DNA of 63,808 bases, filler included, from Stramenopiles sp. TOSAG23-2 (taxonomy: Eukaryota), in NCBI GenBank assembly GCA_900128395.1. It is 7 parts of 7 records of this genome, joined end to end, with 100 filler letters (N's around TTAATTAATTAA, not from the genome) between each part and the next. Parts side by side here need not be neighbours in the genome. Positions count along the whole stretch, not along the records: positions 1 to 9,805 come from LT650071.1; positions 9,906 to 19,709 come from LT650072.1; 5 more parts are not named here. One strand, 5' to 3'. Below, piece by piece: positions 1 to 10,261 of the stretch. A program made the translations under genes and the position numbers. Under the pieces are notes generated by a model, which was not told the DNA's origin, ran no database searches, and worked only from the letters and a program-made list of their open reading frames with translations. Within the stretch, counting starts at the first letter, position 1. Each line of letters starts with the position of its first letter.

Positions 1-674
1 CTTCTATATCTTGTACATCTATCAATTTTTATTATTACAGAGTTTTATTATATTAATTATTATACTTAGGCACTTAGCAGAGTATAGAGTGTATGAGTAT
101 GCCAGCTGGCCCAGCTGGCCAGCCCAGCCAGTACTGTATGGTACCTGTACAGATATTAAAATATAGGATTTATTAAAATAATCTTTTAATTATTACTTGC
201 CACACACCTTCGGAACACATGTTCACCTCTGCCTTCAAAAATTTCAGGTCAAATCCCTTAAAAATACTATTTAACAAGGGGAATATATAGATTAAAAGGA
301 TACAATGGCATACTGTAATACATTTATAAGAGTATTATATAATATTAATATCATTGAGTATCATTGATTTTTCTGCGCAACATGACATGCACATTTTTTA
401 CTTATTCATTTCTCATTTTTTTTTTCATCAATCCTGGCAATCCATAAAAAAATTTAATTTGCACATTTATATGTATCATCAATTTTATTAAATTTATATC
501 ATTTTGTACATATTCAATATAGACCGTAGTAAATCAATGCACTTCAATGCAAATGCACGTGTGAAACAACCGACATAATAATATATTAGATATATAAATT
601 TGTAACACGATAAGTCTTTATATATATACACATCCGATAACAGATTGTTAAGACTATTGATCATCATCACCATC

Positions 675-1361
675 ATGCCAAAATCAGAACAAAATCGTAT
701 TATTCGGTCAAATGATGGCGAGGTTATATATAATATCACAGTAGAAGTACAACGAAGAGAAGCGGACCAATTGAAACAATTACAAAGTGAATTTAAAAGT
801 GAAGTTGAACGTGAACGTAATCGTCAAGATAAAAATTTTAAGAAAATGTTGGTACAAGATGAGGGAGTTGCACCTTTTAAGTTAAATGAAGTACAAGAAA
901 TTTCATGTGCTGATGGGAAATCTATACAAAACCATCCGATTATTACCATTGGAGTTACATTAAATATGGGTTTAGATGATAGCTCCAACGTATTGGTTGA
1001 ATCTGACCGAGTTAAAATAACTACAAAAGCAAAAGAGATCTATTTATTTCACTTTCGATCTGATAAATCGTTTTTGCCATGGAAACGTCTATTAAATGAG
1101 AAATTAGGCAATAATTTTAATGAAATATTTGTTGAAAAGGAAGAAGTGAATAAATCTGTAGCAGCTAAATTTAAAACAATGAAACAAAAATCTGAAATGT
1201 TTTTTAATAAGCAAAATAAGAAAAGTGAACATTTATATGAAAAGCAAGGACAAGAAGTGAAAAAAATAATGGAAGAGACAAATCAAGAAGTAGATAATAT
1301 ATTGGAAGAGACGCGAAAGAAGTTAAAAAATAAATTTTTATCATCGCATCAAAAGAAATGA
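675..1361 (+). CDS. Hypothetical coiled-coil protein, possibly with a degenerate PH-like core
   Basis: First ATG of the 645..1361 ORF is at 675. Charged helical N- and C-terminal regions; YLFHFRSDKSFLPWKRLLNEKL weakly resembles the last strand and helix of PH domains. Confidence 0.6.
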   Translation: MPKSEQNRIIRSNDGEVIYNITVEVQRREADQLKQLQSEFKSEVERERNRQDKNFKKMLVQDEGVAPFKLNEVQEISCADGKSIQNHPIITIGVTLNMGLDDSSNVLVESDRVKITTKAKEIYLFHFRSDKSFLPWKRLLNEKLGNNFNEIFVEKEEVNKSVAAKFKTMKQKSEMFFNKQNKKSEHLYEKQGQEVKKIMEETNQEVDNILEETRKKLKNKFLSSHQKK

Positions 1362-1685
1362 CGTACCAAAAAAGGTCCAAAGTGTTGGAGGTATTATAAT
1401 AAGTAAGACCTTAAAATATTTTAATTTAATTTGATAGGGAATAATTTCGAAATATTTTTGAAAACTACAACACAACACACTGCCATAATCTAAATCATCA
1501 TAGTAGCATAATAATTTCAAAATACTACATTTTAATAATAAATATTTAAAATATAAACTGGTAAACACAAAAGTGAAAACACAGTTTGTTTAACCGACTA
1601 CGTACTATTCTAGACATCTCCATTATTCCAATAGTGAATTACAAATTAATTTTATATCATAATTAGTATCAATATTTCATAAAGA

Positions 1686-2696
1686 ATGGCTGACATGGAT
1701 GATATGCCACCACCAATTGAAGACGATTCACCACCACCAATTGAAGATTTATCTATAAATAATAAAAAGAAGACGGAAAGTAGTACAACTACTACTAAAA
1801 AAGATGATGGAGAAGAAAAATCATTGATGCAAAATATGATTGATGAAGCTACTGTTGCTAAAAAGAAGAAAGATGAGAAGAAGGCAAAGTTGCGCAAAAA
1901 AGCAGATAAATCGTTTGGTAAAGGTTTGAAAAAAGGCTTTTTCAATAATCCAAAACCAAAAAAGAAAAAGAAAGCAAAGAAAAATAATAGTAATAGTAAT
2001 AAAAAGAAAAGCAATAGCAAAGTGGATGATGATGTAGAGTTTGAAATAAATACAGAAGGTGCAAAAAAATTAGATAAAAAGGCAAAAGAAGAAATGCCAT
2101 TTTTACGTGCAAAAAAAGGCAATGCCAACGATCCGAATAATCCATTAAATAATTTACGTATACCAGAAGTACAAGCGGCCATGAAAAATACTTTAAATAA
2201 TAAAAAAGAATGGATGACACCAGATTTATTACGTCGATTTGCTACAAACCCAAAGTTAGCATTAGGTTTACAAAATCCAAGATTTGTCAAAGCAATGGAA
2301 GAACTTCAAAAAGATCCAGAAGCAGCCATGGCAAAATACAAAGACGATGAAGCATTGCAAGATTTCCTACAAGAATTTATGGGATTAATGGGTGATCATA
2401 TGGTCAATTTAGGCGAAGCGAAGAAAGAAAAAGAAGCAAAAAAACAAAAGTCAGAACAAGAGCGTCAAAAACAACAAGAAGAAGCAATGAGGAGAGAGTT
2501 GGAAAAAGCAGATCCAGAAGTTGCAAAGGTCTTACAAAATCAAGAAGTTGCGCAAATTCTAGCTGATCCAAATATGCAAAAAATTATGCAAGAGTGTACA
2601 CAACCAGGTGTTTTAAGAAAATATATGAGTGACCCTGTTATTGCTAAAAAATTCCGTATCTTGCAAAAACATGGTCTTATTCAAATGCATTTTTAG
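1686..2696 (+). CDS. STI1/DP-domain co-chaperone-like protein (two STI1-like modules, no TPRs)
   Basis: WMTPDLL...NPRFVKAMEELQKDP and DPEVAKVLQNQEVAQILADPNMQKIMQEC...SDPVIAKKFRILQKHGLI. The latter resembles the C-terminal DP domain of the HOP gene at 59420. Confidence 0.8.
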   Translation: MADMDDMPPPIEDDSPPPIEDLSINNKKKTESSTTTTKKDDGEEKSLMQNMIDEATVAKKKKDEKKAKLRKKADKSFGKGLKKGFFNNPKPKKKKKAKKNNSNSNKKKSNSKVDDDVEFEINTEGAKKLDKKAKEEMPFLRAKKGNANDPNNPLNNLRIPEVQAAMKNTLNNKKEWMTPDLLRRFATNPKLALGLQNPRFVKAMEELQKDPEAAMAKYKDDEALQDFLQEFMGLMGDHMVNLGEAKKEKEAKKQKSEQERQKQQEEAMRRELEKADPEVAKVLQNQEVAQILADPNMQKIMQECTQPGVLRKYMSDPVIAKKFRILQKHGLIQMHF

Positions 2697-3076
2697 AACT
2701 AATCTGATTTTGTCGTATCGCAATGTTATCATATATATCATACGATTGATTGTCCATATTTCAGTTCAGTGAGATAGATATTTATTGTCTCAGTTATTGT
2801 ATATAAAATAATTTAATATTATTATTATATACTGTATTAACAATTAAGTACACGCGCGTATTATGTATTGAATTAATACTTTTGGTACGAACACCAAAGT
2901 ATAATTTTGGAATAATTATTCGTGTAAGAAGTTTTCAGCAAGTTCAACATTCATGTTGGAGAGTGCAGATTTCACATTTTCAAACCAGCACAAGATGCCG
3001 ACCAGCAGACGACTGGAATACTGTTAAATATTTCTTCTAAAAAAAAATTTATAATATACATCTCGTATATATATAT

Positions 3077-4603
3077 TTAACACTCTTCCTCCTCTTCCTC
3101 TTCCTCACCACTATCATTTAATACATCTACTACACGTTCCATAATTGGTGATGGTACATCTACAATCATATTCATACCATCATGACCACTAGTAATAGTA
3201 TTATTATTATTCCCACTTTGATTGTTATATTTACTATGATTGGTCTTCTTCCCTCTCCTTCTTCTTTTCCTCGGTGGTAAATAACTACCACTGCCACTAT
3301 CTTCTAAATTACATAGTATATCTCCAAAACATAATACACGCAAAAAATTGTCAAAATCTATTAAATTACGATTCATATTATTGTTATTATCTTTTTGTAT
3401 CTTCAATTTACCTAAACATATATCTGAATATGGAAAGTAATATAACATTAAAATACTTAATGCAAACATTTCAAAAATAATTAATGTAGCAACTGTTCGT
3501 ACACCCCTTTGTGCACTCGGTGTTGCAAATCCAGTTAAATATAGACAATGACCTGAGCGTTTTCCGATTAAATAGCAATATGGACTATGTATAACACCTT
3601 TACCAACTAATATATGTAATATCATTTCTTGCCATACCGTTAAGAAAATTGCTAATTTGATAACAATAAATTTACCTTCTGCTTTTAATATTTTAACTTT
3701 TGGATGTTTCGCTAATGATAAATACACATTTAATAAGCCAAGCATGGCAATAGTAACTGATAATAATGCTATTGGTTTTACATATGGATCCGTATAAATA
3801 GCAACATGAAGATGCTCAGAAATTGCAGTTACAATTGCGGCAACTGGTTTGATAAACATAAATTGCCAGAAACAAAATTTCCATACATGCAATGACAATG
3901 ACGTAGATTTTATAGGAAATAATTTCCATGATAATAATCCTTCCTCCTCACATGGTGGGCATAATGTACATATTATTGGGACCTCATTCACCTCACAATT
4001 TCTTTTCCAATATTTTTTTACATACCTTTCTCCACCAGCACTTAATATCATCAAAGCAAAAAATGTATATAATACGTAGGTTTCATATATTGATCGTGCC
4101 AAATCAAAAATACCTGAATTACGAGACGATAAAACTGCAAACCAGGAAAACGTTGCATAGATTGGTGCAACTAATATAATACGTAAATAACATTTTTGCA
4201 AACCAGGCTTTCTCCAAGATTTTAAATGATTTATAAACTGAAACGTACATAATATGCAACATAATAAACATAAAAAACCTGTACAAAATATCAATGCTAG
4301 TTCACTAACAGTATATTTTACATAACTATGATTGGGATGATGAAAATTTTGTGGAGATATTGGTAAAGGTGGTGGTGGTGGAATATTATTATTATTATTA
4401 TTTATTTGTTTATGTGAAGCTATTATATTTGCCTTTGGCAAATTATGAATAATATTCGTATATTGATGATGATGATTATTCATATTCATATTTATATTAT
4501 TATTTGTATTGGTATGATCCATGCCACCAGTAGCTGCATGTCCCTCCATCACATCGTGCACTACCTCTCTTATATTATTCAAAACACCATTCACTTCATT
4601 CAT
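3077..4603 (-). CDS. TMEM184: Organic solute transporter alpha / TMEM184 family membrane protein
   Basis: HLKSWRKPGLQKCYLRIILVAPIYA, YETYVLYTFFALM, QFMFIKP, KFIVIKLAIFLTVWQ and LIIFEMF match OSTalpha family motifs; several TM segments. Confidence 0.88.
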   Translation of the reverse strand: MNEVNGVLNNIREVVHDVMEGHAATGGMDHTNTNNNINMNMNNHHHQYTNIIHNLPKANIIASHKQINNNNNNIPPPPPLPISPQNFHHPNHSYVKYTVSELALIFCTGFLCLLCCILCTFQFINHLKSWRKPGLQKCYLRIILVAPIYATFSWFAVLSSRNSGIFDLARSIYETYVLYTFFALMILSAGGERYVKKYWKRNCEVNEVPIICTLCPPCEEEGLLSWKLFPIKSTSLSLHVWKFCFWQFMFIKPVAAIVTAISEHLHVAIYTDPYVKPIALLSVTIAMLGLLNVYLSLAKHPKVKILKAEGKFIVIKLAIFLTVWQEMILHILVGKGVIHSPYCYLIGKRSGHCLYLTGFATPSAQRGVRTVATLIIFEMFALSILMLYYFPYSDICLGKLKIQKDNNNNMNRNLIDFDNFLRVLCFGDILCNLEDSGSGSYLPPRKRRRRGKKTNHSKYNNQSGNNNNTITSGHDGMNMIVDVPSPIMERVVDVLNDSGEEEEEEEEC

Positions 4604-4970
4604 TTTATTTTTATATATCTTTTAATTGTAATGTTATTTCTATCTTCTTCTTCCTATTATTTTTGTATTAATTATTATTATTATTATATTTATTATTAAT
4701 ATGACGAATTATAAATATAATATCCCATCAAAGGTACCTGGCTGGCAAGGCTGGCTGGTAATAATACAAAAGTATTACAGGTTTTAATAATAATACCACA
4801 GGTATTGTTATAGTAGACACAGTTGTTGCAGTTATTATTATACCAAAAATGAACCCATGTAAAAGTATTATTACTATTTATTGATGATGTGGGACTAAGA
4901 AAAATATTATTACAAGGAAACAGTGTTAGTCCTTGTCATCGTCTATCAAAGCAAATATAGAAATAAAAAC

Positions 4971-6443
4971 ATGGCGCAATTGGTAGTCAATAATAATTAT
5001 AATGATGACGATAATGATAAAACAACAGAATTATCTACAATGAACGACTGTCCTATATTTAAAATTTTTCAAAATGGTTTTGATGGTGGAATGCTTTCTT
5101 TTATAGTCAATTATTTACAAGTTGATGATAGTAAATTAATTAATGACATCACCATGCAAAATATAAAACCAAGACCAATTCAAGAGCCGAGACCAACGCA
5201 TAATCAACGTTTTAATATTGTTGCAAATTCATCTCATCGACCTAATATGTGGAGTGAGCAATTAAATGATGTTTCCACTTGTATTGATTTAATTAAAGAG
5301 TTATATATTAAAAATGTTAGTTTTGATATATGCAATAGTTCTTACCGGAGTAATCAGGAATATAATAATTTGGAAAAACAAAAAGTAGATTTCGATTTTG
5401 TATTTGATGGTGAATGGGAAGGCGAGACTTGGAAATATGATTTAACATATTATCTTGCAAAAGTGGAAAGTCGAGAGCATGATGTATTGGGAAAAGCTCC
5501 AGCTCATAAATATTGGTGTCATGGATACGTAGTTTGGACACTTGTTGAAACACCAGAAAAAAAATATGAAGCACGTATTGGTGAAAAGGCAATAGAAATG
5601 CTTTGTGGTTTTGTACATCACACCTCTGTAAATGATATGCGTATGCCAATAATGATTGATAGAAATCACAATAACAAGAATATAACATGTTGTTATACGC
5701 ATTTTGAATTAATGGGTTATACTACATATCCATCTATTGATCAACCAATAATAGGCCCTGATTGGTATCGATTTAAAATTATGAGTAAACCGATAATGGA
5801 AAAAATATTTGATAATAGTCATACAAGATGCTATAATTATAACAATTTTGTAGGTCGTTCAGCTTGCAATAATGGAAAATTTGATGCGAAATTAATTATA
5901 AAATTAGTGAAAATTCCTGACTATTTATATTGGAAAGTACCAGATGCACATATATTGTTACAACCTATTATGAATGCAAGGAATATTGATCAATTAAGAA
6001 AAGAAATTGTACAATTGCATGTAAATTTAATTAATAACAATGGATGTGTATATTTAAGTATTAGTGAGGTTACGAAAGTTTTAAGAGAAAAGAAAAAGGC
6101 AATGGAAGGATGGGATAAAATCAAACCATATCCAAGTGATGTAAATACAAATATAATTAGTACTACTATTAACAATAATAATAACAATAGTTGCATGGAT
6201 GATGTAAATGATAATAATAATAATGTAAAAAATGAAGATGGGGATTCAACAACATGTAATACAGCAACTTTAGTTGGACGATTGTTAAAATCAATACGAT
6301 ATTTCATTAAAAAACAAAAAGATGAAATGGAAAATGGAAATAATATTATATTAGATGAAATGAAATTATGCCATATATGTAAAAATGAAATCATCTATTG
6401 CAAAAATGAATGCATAAGTGTTAGAATTGATAACTTAAAATGA
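4971..6443 (+). CDS. Hypothetical protein (~490 aa)
   Basis: Long ORF with host-like Asn/Asp tracts; first ATG at 4971; C-terminal CxxC...C...C cluster; no family recognised. Confidence 0.65.
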   Translation: MAQLVVNNNYNDDDNDKTTELSTMNDCPIFKIFQNGFDGGMLSFIVNYLQVDDSKLINDITMQNIKPRPIQEPRPTHNQRFNIVANSSHRPNMWSEQLNDVSTCIDLIKELYIKNVSFDICNSSYRSNQEYNNLEKQKVDFDFVFDGEWEGETWKYDLTYYLAKVESREHDVLGKAPAHKYWCHGYVVWTLVETPEKKYEARIGEKAIEMLCGFVHHTSVNDMRMPIMIDRNHNNKNITCCYTHFELMGYTTYPSIDQPIIGPDWYRFKIMSKPIMEKIFDNSHTRCYNYNNFVGRSACNNGKFDAKLIIKLVKIPDYLYWKVPDAHILLQPIMNARNIDQLRKEIVQLHVNLINNNGCVYLSISEVTKVLREKKKAMEGWDKIKPYPSDVNTNIISTTINNNNNNSCMDDVNDNNNNVKNEDGDSTTCNTATLVGRLLKSIRYFIKKQKDEMENGNNIILDEMKLCHICKNEIIYCKNECISVRIDNLK

Positions 6444-6600
6444 GAGATGAAGATAAATAATACTATTTCAATTATGTAGGGGGATATATTAATACTGTAC
6501 AGCCAGACAGTACAAGAACAACAACTTGCAATCCTTGTTGTTTTTCAAAACTTTTCACTTTTTTTTCTTCAATACTTTTCACCTTAACCTCCCTTACGTC

Positions 6601-6802
6601 TACAATCTAGAATTTAAATTAAGGATATTGCTGTTTCATATTCGAATACCTGTGGTATACGGATATGTAGCAATGTAGCAATGCATATTACAATCTAGAA
6701 TTTAAATTAAGGATATTGCTGTTTCATATTCGAATACCTGTGTTATACTAATATAAATACGGATATGTAGCAATGTACATGTAGCAATGTAAATGCATAT
6801 TA
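6601..6802 (+). repeat. Tandem duplication, ~88 bp unit; second copy carries small insertions
   Basis: TACAATCTAGAATTTAAATTAAGGATATTGCTGTTTCATATTCGAATACCTGTG occurs at 6601 and 6689, each followed by ATACGGATATGTAGCAATGTA...ATGCATATTA. Confidence 0.9.
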
Positions 6803-7137
6803 GTATATCTTTTCTTCTCATTAATGCACTAATTAAAATTAGTGAAATTAGAGCTATTATACAATATACAATAATTAATAATTCATTATTTAATATATAT
6901 ATATATATATTACGCATGCATGTAATATAATGATGCATGTGTTATAATGTATTAATTAATAATAAGTAATAAATAATAATTCATAATCGATAACCATTAC
7001 ATAAACATAAATATTTACATACACATCTCTTGAGCGTGGAAGAATACGCAGAGTTGCGGATTGTTTTTTGAGCAGAATGTAAGAGTATTGACGCGAGAAA
7101 AAAACCTTTGAACCATTTAAAATAAAAGAAAAAAAAT

Positions 7138-9805
7138 ATGAAATTACCAACATACAACATATTATTTTTTATGGTCACGATATGCGTAGGCACGGTGGGT
7201 GCGCCAGTGCCTGGCCCACCACAGTCGGCAAGAGTTCGTATTATCAACGAAAGTACTCTGGAAGTGACGGTGAAACCGCCGGTGGACGACGGGGGGGGGA
7301 TTACAAACTATTACGTACGTACTAAATACGGGTGCAGTGCTGCTACTGGGACTGGAAGCATTGCGCATGGTACTATTTTCTGCAACATGGACATTGCCGG
7401 GGGCAGATGGTTACTTTATCTAATCAATGGAAATGACGCACAGCACAAACCGACACTAAGGTTAGGCAGTAATTCTAGCGGTTTTAGCTATTGGTACGCT
7501 GCCAACGATGCAGAAACTGTTCCAAAATCTACGGGCGCGTATAAATTAAGCGAAAACCTCTTCAATGACTACAATTTCACGGAAGTGCTAGCCTACATTG
7601 CCAGTTCCAGCAATGCGGAGAAATGGGTCAAGATAAAGCGTTCCTCTGGAAATGGAATAGACAGAACAATGGCATTTGCGGTTAATTCGCAATCGCCTGA
7701 AGGAGATAGCTGGGTTTTTGACCGCGAAGATGGAACGTCGACGACACGAATGCAGGATACCCAATATGGGCTGGACACCCATGGACCGTTTTTCAAGGAC
7801 GATTTCTCTGCCGGTTATGGTTGGATGTGGAGCGATAATTCAGGGGTCAATGATTTGCGAAAAGGCACCATCCCCGGAAGTACTATTTCCGATATATCCG
7901 TCGTCTGGTGGTGGTACGGGAGAAGAGATGACGATAGGAATCATTTCCTTTCACCCACGTCGCCACTTTATGTAGGCAACAACTTTAAAGGTGTCCCTAC
8001 AACTGCAATTGTATCGGCCTGCAACGCCCACGGTTGCGGCCCAAGCATCAACATTTCGACAGCTTGCGATATCCCCTCCAGCGGCAGTGCCACCATTACC
8101 AGCGACTGCATTCTCTACAGCCAAATCATCGTCACCGGCGTGTTAAATGTCACTGGCGTACCAGATGCCAATGGCGTGTTGCCGAAAATTATCGGTGGCG
8201 GTTCGAATCGGCATTTTAGCGTTATTGGAATTTCCAGTCAACTTGTTTTGGCTCGCTTAAATTTAACGAAAGGTAATGTTTACGGCGAACCATGTGCTGT
8301 GACAAAACCGCCTTACAACTTTTACGGGTGCAGTGGAGGTTCAATATATACCGACCAGTATAGCAGAGTGTACATCGTTTCGTGCGTATTTGCTGATAAC
8401 ACAGCTTCATTTGGTGGGGGGAGTATATTTGTCAAAGGCGGTGCTCAATTAAGTATCCACAATTCTACTATTGTGAAGAGTGCTGCATTAACATCAAACG
8501 GTGGAGGTATCTATATAAGAGACGCAGCATCAGCGCTACTTATGGAAGGGGGCACATTGGCTCAGAACGAAGCAGGAGGAAATGGCGGGGGCATAGGCAT
8601 GGCAGAAGGCTCTAAATGCACTGTTGTGCACGTAAAATTTATGAACAATACTTCTGCCTATTCTGGAGGAGGTGTGCAACAAGATATGGGAGAGTTAAAG
8701 ATGAATAATTGCACGCTGGTCGGCAACCACGCACGTTCAGGTGGGGCAATTTATCTTGCAAGAGGTACACATTATATTCAAAATTCCATTGTACAGCGCA
8801 ACATTGCAGAAAACTTTGGTGGTGGCATTCATATCCGTCGAGATGGGTCCCTGGAGATAGTATCAAGCATCTTTGAAAAGAACATCGTACGAGAGAACTC
8901 AGATGGTGGAGGCGCATTGTTTGTTGATTATGCGAATACAAAACCGGGGAGTATTCGAATTGATGTTCGTGAAACTCGGTTTATTGAAAATATAGCATCC
9001 ACTGGAAGTGAAATTATGACTGTGTTTAGTGAAGGAAAACCAACTATAGTCAATTTGATTAACGTTGAATTTGTGACAAGTAGCGCAAGCTTTTATTATG
9101 TTCGTCTTTGCCCAATTAATGAAATTTGTGCTCCTCGAACCTGCGCTTCCAACCCCTGCACCGTCTTCCCCTTCACTGGAACATGCACCAACCGTACGGG
9201 AAATCAAGGGGTTTTGTGCGATTACGGCGAAGAAGCGATTTGTTACCCTGGTGATTTTAAAAAAAAGGTGGCAGAGACAGCATTGCCACCGCCCCCAGAC
9301 TACTGCCAGGCGTGCGCGGAGGGTCAATATACGACGGCACAGAACCTACCAATCTGCTCAACCTGTAACATACCGCCAGAAGGAAATGTGACGGTCTCTC
9401 AAGATTGTGTTCAGCGGACGCAGATTGTAGTGACGGGTGATTTGAATGTCACGGGTATCCCAGATGCCCAAGGAAAGTTGCCAGCCATTGTGGGAGGTGG
9501 TTCGAATCGGCATTTTCATGTCAAAGCTGGGGGTCATTTAGTGATTCGTAATCTGAATCTGACGGGTGGGGATGTTGAGTATGGCGGCTCAATTTTAATG
9601 GAATTCTCATCACTAGATATTGCATACAGCATTTTCTCAAATAATCGAGCTACCGTAACCGGTGGTGCAATTGAATTAAACCATTGCAAGAATGTTCTCA
9701 TTCACAATGTAACATTTGAAAGGAATGTAGCTGTACATGGGGGGGGGGCTCTTAGTATACAAAATAGTCGCGGCATTTTACAGCTCGATTCGTCTAAATT
9801 TTCTT
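7138..9805 (+). CDS. Large secreted/surface protein: split FN3 with fibrinogen-like insert, then PMP-like GGA(I) beta-helix repeats and Cys-rich linkers; 3' truncated at contig end
   Basis: Hydrophobic N-terminal signal; PGPP...VKPPVDDGGGITNY and VSACNAHGCGP FN3 motifs; many FxxN..GGAI/GGGI repeats; ORF runs into the N linker. Confidence 0.8.
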
Positions 9806-9905
9806 NNNNNNNNNNNNNNNNNNNNNNNNNNNNNNNNNNNNNNNNNNNNTTAATTAATTAANNNNNNNNNNNNNNNNNNNNNNNNNNNNNNNNNNNNNNN
9901 NNNNN
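9806..9905. other. Artificial contig linker N44-TTAATTAATTAA-N44
   Basis: Identical 100 bp block with a stop-in-all-frames core, present six times in the window. Confidence 0.98.
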
Positions 9906-10261
9906 TTTAAGTACAAATAAGAATACTAAATTTTCATAGGTGCCAAGTCCACATCTAGTATCATGTTCCGACTTCCAGACTTTTCTCTAAGGTTCCGTCA
10001 AATTATTATATTTAAAAAAAAAGGGGCACCTATTTACCTGCTAAATGAGCAGGTAAATGGCCGTATTAAAACCATTACAATATCGATTTGAATGGATGAA
10101 TCGTAGAGAGAGTAAGTGACGTAGATGATAAAAGACTTTATATACAGGATTAATAAATTGTAATTGACATATTCGTATTATATTAATTGATTGGTATACT
10201 TACAATTTAAGTTTTCGATTGTAAGAAGCAAATATATTTATTTAAAAAAACGTGTATAACA

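Noticed and set aside
9850-9861. TTAATTAATTAA recurring every ~9.9 kb as a biological periodic element
   Set aside because: Always embedded in N44 flanks; a synthetic all-frame-stop spacer.
10030-10045. TATTTACCTG as a U1 snRNA 5' end
   Set aside because: Does not match ATACTTACCTG and no U1 stem-loops or Sm site are evident; no tRNA, rRNA or snRNA recognised anywhere in the window.
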